59,775 nt of DNA from Candidatus Methylomirabilia bacterium. GTDB lineage: Bacteria > Methylomirabilota > Methylomirabilia > Rokubacteriales > CSP1-6. Below, piece after piece: positions 57,237 through 59,775 of the stretch (position 1 is the stretch's first letter; each line of letters begins with the position of its first letter). Below the pieces are notes generated by a model. The model saw nothing but the letters and a program-made list of their open reading frames with translations, made no database searches and had not been told where the DNA came from. The position numbers and the translations under genes were made by a program. Location of the stretch: the NCBI GenBank assembly GCA_041496385.1, contig JBGQEL010000018.1, positions 1 to 59,775 on the forward strand, given 5' to 3'.

Positions 57237-58898
57237 CTAGCGGCGCGCCCGCGGCTTCGACCGCGTGACGAGCCCGTTGGCCAGGTCGCGCGCGCGGGCC
57301 TCGGGCGGGCGCTTGCCGGGGGGCCCGTAGGCGCCGCCGCCCGACGACTCGACGAGGAACACGTCGCCCGGCCGCACGACGACGCCGACTTCCTTGGTCT
57401 TGAGGGCGCGCGGCGGCCGCCCGCGCGAGAGGAGCCGGTACCGGTGGGGAAGGCCGTCCCGACCGCCGAGGAGGCCGTAGGGCGGGTGGCGCACGCCGTC
57501 CCCCGCGGTGTTCGCGACCGCGCTCTCCTCGGTGTCCACGCGCAGCCGCAGCACCGCGCCGACACCGCCGCGGTGCATGCCGTCGCCACCCGAATCGGCG
57601 CGGAACTCGTGATGCTCGAAGGTGAGCGGGAAGCGCACCTCGGCGACCTCCACGCTGCCGAACTTGATTCCGCCGGCCGCCTGGCCCTCGCCCGCCGTCT
57701 CCCAGCCGTCGCCCGCGATGCTCGCGCCGCCGCCGGGCCGCGCATGGAACATGTGCCAGATGAACGCGCGCTTCGTGCGCGGGTTCACCCCCTTGATCGC
57801 GATGCGGAAGCGCCGCCCCCAGCCCGCGATGGCGCGCGCCGGGCAGGCGGGCGCGAGCGCCTTGATGATCGCCTCGGCGATCTCCTGGGCGCAGTGGTTC
57901 GTCGCCAGCGTCACCGGCGCCGGCGCGAAGGGCCAGACGATCGTGCCTTCCTTCAGGATGGTCTTCACGGGACGGAACGTCCCGGAGTTCTTCGGCGTGC
58001 GCGGATCGATGAGGTACGCGAACGCCATGTGGACCGCCGACATCGTGTTCGGCAGGGACGAGTTGATGAAGCCGTGGACCTGGCGGTGCGAGTCGGTGAG
58101 GTCGACCGTGAGCGCGTCGCCCTTCTTCGTGACCGTCGCCCGGATCCAGATATCGGTGAAGCCGTGGCCGTCGTCGTCGAGAATCGACTCGCCACGGTAG
58201 ACGCCGTCCTTCCACGTCCGGACACAGGCGCGCGCCTGCTTCTCGGCGCCGTCGAGGATCTCGTCGACCGCGCCGACGACCGTCTTCGTCCCGTATTCCT
58301 CCAGCAGCGCGTGCAGGCGCCGCTCGCCGATCTTCGCCGAGCCGATCATGGCGCGGAGGTCACCCATGAAGTCGTGCGGGTGCCGCACGTTCGTCGTGAT
58401 CATCTTCAGCACGTCGTCGCGCAGCTCGCCCGCGTCGTAGAGCTTGAGCGGCGTGATCCGCAGGCCCTCCTGCCAGATCTCCGTCGCGGCCGGATTGTAG
58501 GCGCCGTGGGTCGAGCCGCCGATGTCCGACTGGTGGGCGCGGTTGATCGACCAGAACGCGACGTCACCGTCCACGAACACCGGCACGAACGCCGTCAGGT
58601 CCGGCAGGTGGTTGTTGCCGTGATATGGGTCGTTCAGGAGAAAGACGTCGCCGGGCCGGATGCGCCCCTGGAAGGCGTCGCGCACCGACTCGACGGCCCA
58701 CGGGATCGCGCCCACGTGGATCGGCACGTGCTCCGCCTGCGCGACGAGGCGCGCCTGGCCGTCGCAGAGCGCCGTCGAGAAGTCGCGGCTCGAGTTGAGG
58801 ATCTGCGAGTACGCCGTGCGCAGCATCGCCTCGCCCATCTCCTGGACGATGGCCTCGAAGCGATGCGTGAGGACGGAGATCGTGACCGGGTCGAGCAT
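57237..58898 (-). CDS. Hydantoinase B / 5-oxoprolinase family subunit
   Basis: DP.T..V, RTA.S.I....DFS, P.H.G, NDPY.G..H.PD, H..DIGG, DSGG.G..RGG.G, GGG.YG. ATG 58898. Confidence 0.93.
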   Translation of the reverse strand: MLDPVTISVLTHRFEAIVQEMGEAMLRTAYSQILNSSRDFSTALCDGQARLVAQAEHVPIHVGAIPWAVESVRDAFQGRIRPGDVFLLNDPYHGNNHLPDLTAFVPVFVDGDVAFWSINRAHQSDIGGSTHGAYNPAATEIWQEGLRITPLKLYDAGELRDDVLKMITTNVRHPHDFMGDLRAMIGSAKIGERRLHALLEEYGTKTVVGAVDEILDGAEKQARACVRTWKDGVYRGESILDDDGHGFTDIWIRATVTKKGDALTVDLTDSHRQVHGFINSSLPNTMSAVHMAFAYLIDPRTPKNSGTFRPVKTILKEGTIVWPFAPAPVTLATNHCAQEIAEAIIKALAPACPARAIAGWGRRFRIAIKGVNPRTKRAFIWHMFHARPGGGASIAGDGWETAGEGQAAGGIKFGSVEVAEVRFPLTFEHHEFRADSGGDGMHRGGVGAVLRLRVDTEESAVANTAGDGVRHPPYGLLGGRDGLPHRYRLLSRGRPPRALKTKEVGVVVRPGDVFLVESSGGGAYGPPGKRPPEARARDLANGLVTRSKPRARR

Positions 58899-58933
58899 GC
58901 CCGGATGATACATCATGCTAGTATCCCGGGGCG

Positions 58934-59437
58934 ATGGCGCTGCACATCGGCGTGATCGGCGAGGGCAGGTGCTCCGCGCGCGTCGCGCGCGACGCCGAGC
59001 GGGTCGGCGCGGCGATCGCGCGCGCCGGCGCGGTGCTCCTCTGCGGCGGGCGCCGCGGCGTCATGGAGGCAGCCGCCCGCGGCGCCGCGCGCGCGGGCGG
59101 CTGCGTCGTCGGGATCCTCCCCGGATTCTCCCGGCGCGACGCGAATCGCTGGGTGACCCTCCCCATCGTCACGGGCATGGACCAGGCGCGCAACGTGATC
59201 CTCGTCCGCTCGTGCGACGCGATCGTGGCCGTCGGCGGCATGTACGGCACGCTCACCGAGATCGCGCTGGCCCTCAAGCTCGGGGTGCCGGTCGTGGGCC
59301 TGCGCTCGTGGCGCCTCCGCCAGCCCGAGGGCCGGCGGGTCCCTCTCGCCCGCGCGGCCACGGCGGAGGAGGCCGCGCGCCGTGCCCTCCACGCCGCGTC
59401 GCGGGGCTCGCGCCGCGCGCGCGGCTGGCTCCCGTAG
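58934..59437 (+). CDS. TIGR00725 / LOG-like Rossmann-fold protein
   Basis: IGVIG, GG..GVMEA...GA...GG..VGILP, TGM..ARN, GG..GTL.EIA.AL. Confidence 0.85.
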   Translation: MALHIGVIGEGRCSARVARDAERVGAAIARAGAVLLCGGRRGVMEAAARGAARAGGCVVGILPGFSRRDANRWVTLPIVTGMDQARNVILVRSCDAIVAVGGMYGTLTEIALALKLGVPVVGLRSWRLRQPEGRRVPLARAATAEEAARRALHAASRGSRRARGWLP

Positions 59438-59473
59438 GGCGGCCCGGCGGACGCCCGCCATGGATGCCGGCGC

Positions 59474-59775
59474 GTGATCGGCGTCGCCGTCGAGGGGCTC
59501 GCGAAGCGGTATGGCGCCATCGAGGCGCTTCGCGGCGTCTCCCTCGACTTCGCCGCCGGCCGGCTGACGGCGATCCTGGGCCCGTCGGGCTGCGGCAAGA
59601 CGACGCTCCTCCGCGCCATCGGCGGCTTCACGGTCGTGGACGCGGGACGCGTCCGGTTCGGCGGCGAGGACGTCACCGCGCTGCCGCCGCAGGCCCGGGC
59701 GACGGCCATGGTCTTCCAGAGCTACGCCCTCTGGCCCCACATGACGGTGTTCGACAACGTCGCCTACGGGCTGCG
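59474..59775 (+). CDS. ABC importer ATP-binding subunit (PotA/FbpC/MalK-like), 3' truncated
   Basis: Not in the ORF track. GTG 59474 frame reads GPSGCGKTTLLR, MVFQSYALWPHMTVFDNVAYGL. Confidence 0.88.
   Translation, partial: MIGVAVEGLAKRYGAIEALRGVSLDFAAGRLTAILGPSGCGKTTLLRAIGGFTVVDAGRVRFGGEDVTALPPQARATAMVFQSYALWPHMTVFDNVAYGL

Overview
Very GC-rich, densely coding bacterial window. Gene content and style resemble Candidatus Rokubacteria/Methylomirabilota, but this is an inference only. I found no rRNA, tRNA, CRISPR array, integrase or transposase. Left to right: (i) housekeeping and metabolic genes (ettA, RNase D, SDR, RidA, CoA-transferase, metH); (ii) a ~12.6 kb minus-strand signalling island (11.4-24.0 kb) with a sigma54 activator, a NucS-like protein with a degenerate active site, an HD-GYP response regulator, a single-domain receiver, a SAM methyltransferase, a GNAT overlapping a 7TM-GAF histidine kinase and a hybrid kinase, plus two paralogous secreted beta-rich proteins of unknown family flanking the GNAT/kinase core, and -24/-12 motifs; (iii) an orphan hexaheme ActA-like cytochrome, mlaA and an M16 peptidase pair; (iv) a redox-defence block: ArsR, MoaD/ThiS-like protein, a Met/Lys-rich secreted peptide, an exported thioredoxin whose first active-site Cys codon is an in-frame TGA with a SECIS-like hairpin (probable selenoprotein, split in the ORF track) and msrPQ; (v) mlaC, a decayed SDR, a haloalkane dehalogenase, CusF-like, OmpA-like, TPR and tenA genes; (vi) a sigma54-driven type IV minor pilin operon; (vii) a TetR-regulated Ybh-type ABC exporter; (viii) a hydantoinase/oxoprolinase cluster. 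Several genes look leaderless, some sharing overlapping bidirectional -10 elements. The best candidates for undescribed systems are the Met-rich peptide/Sec-thioredoxin/MsrPQ module and the GNAT/7TM-kinase/paired secreted protein island. All family calls come from motifs read by eye; no searches were run.
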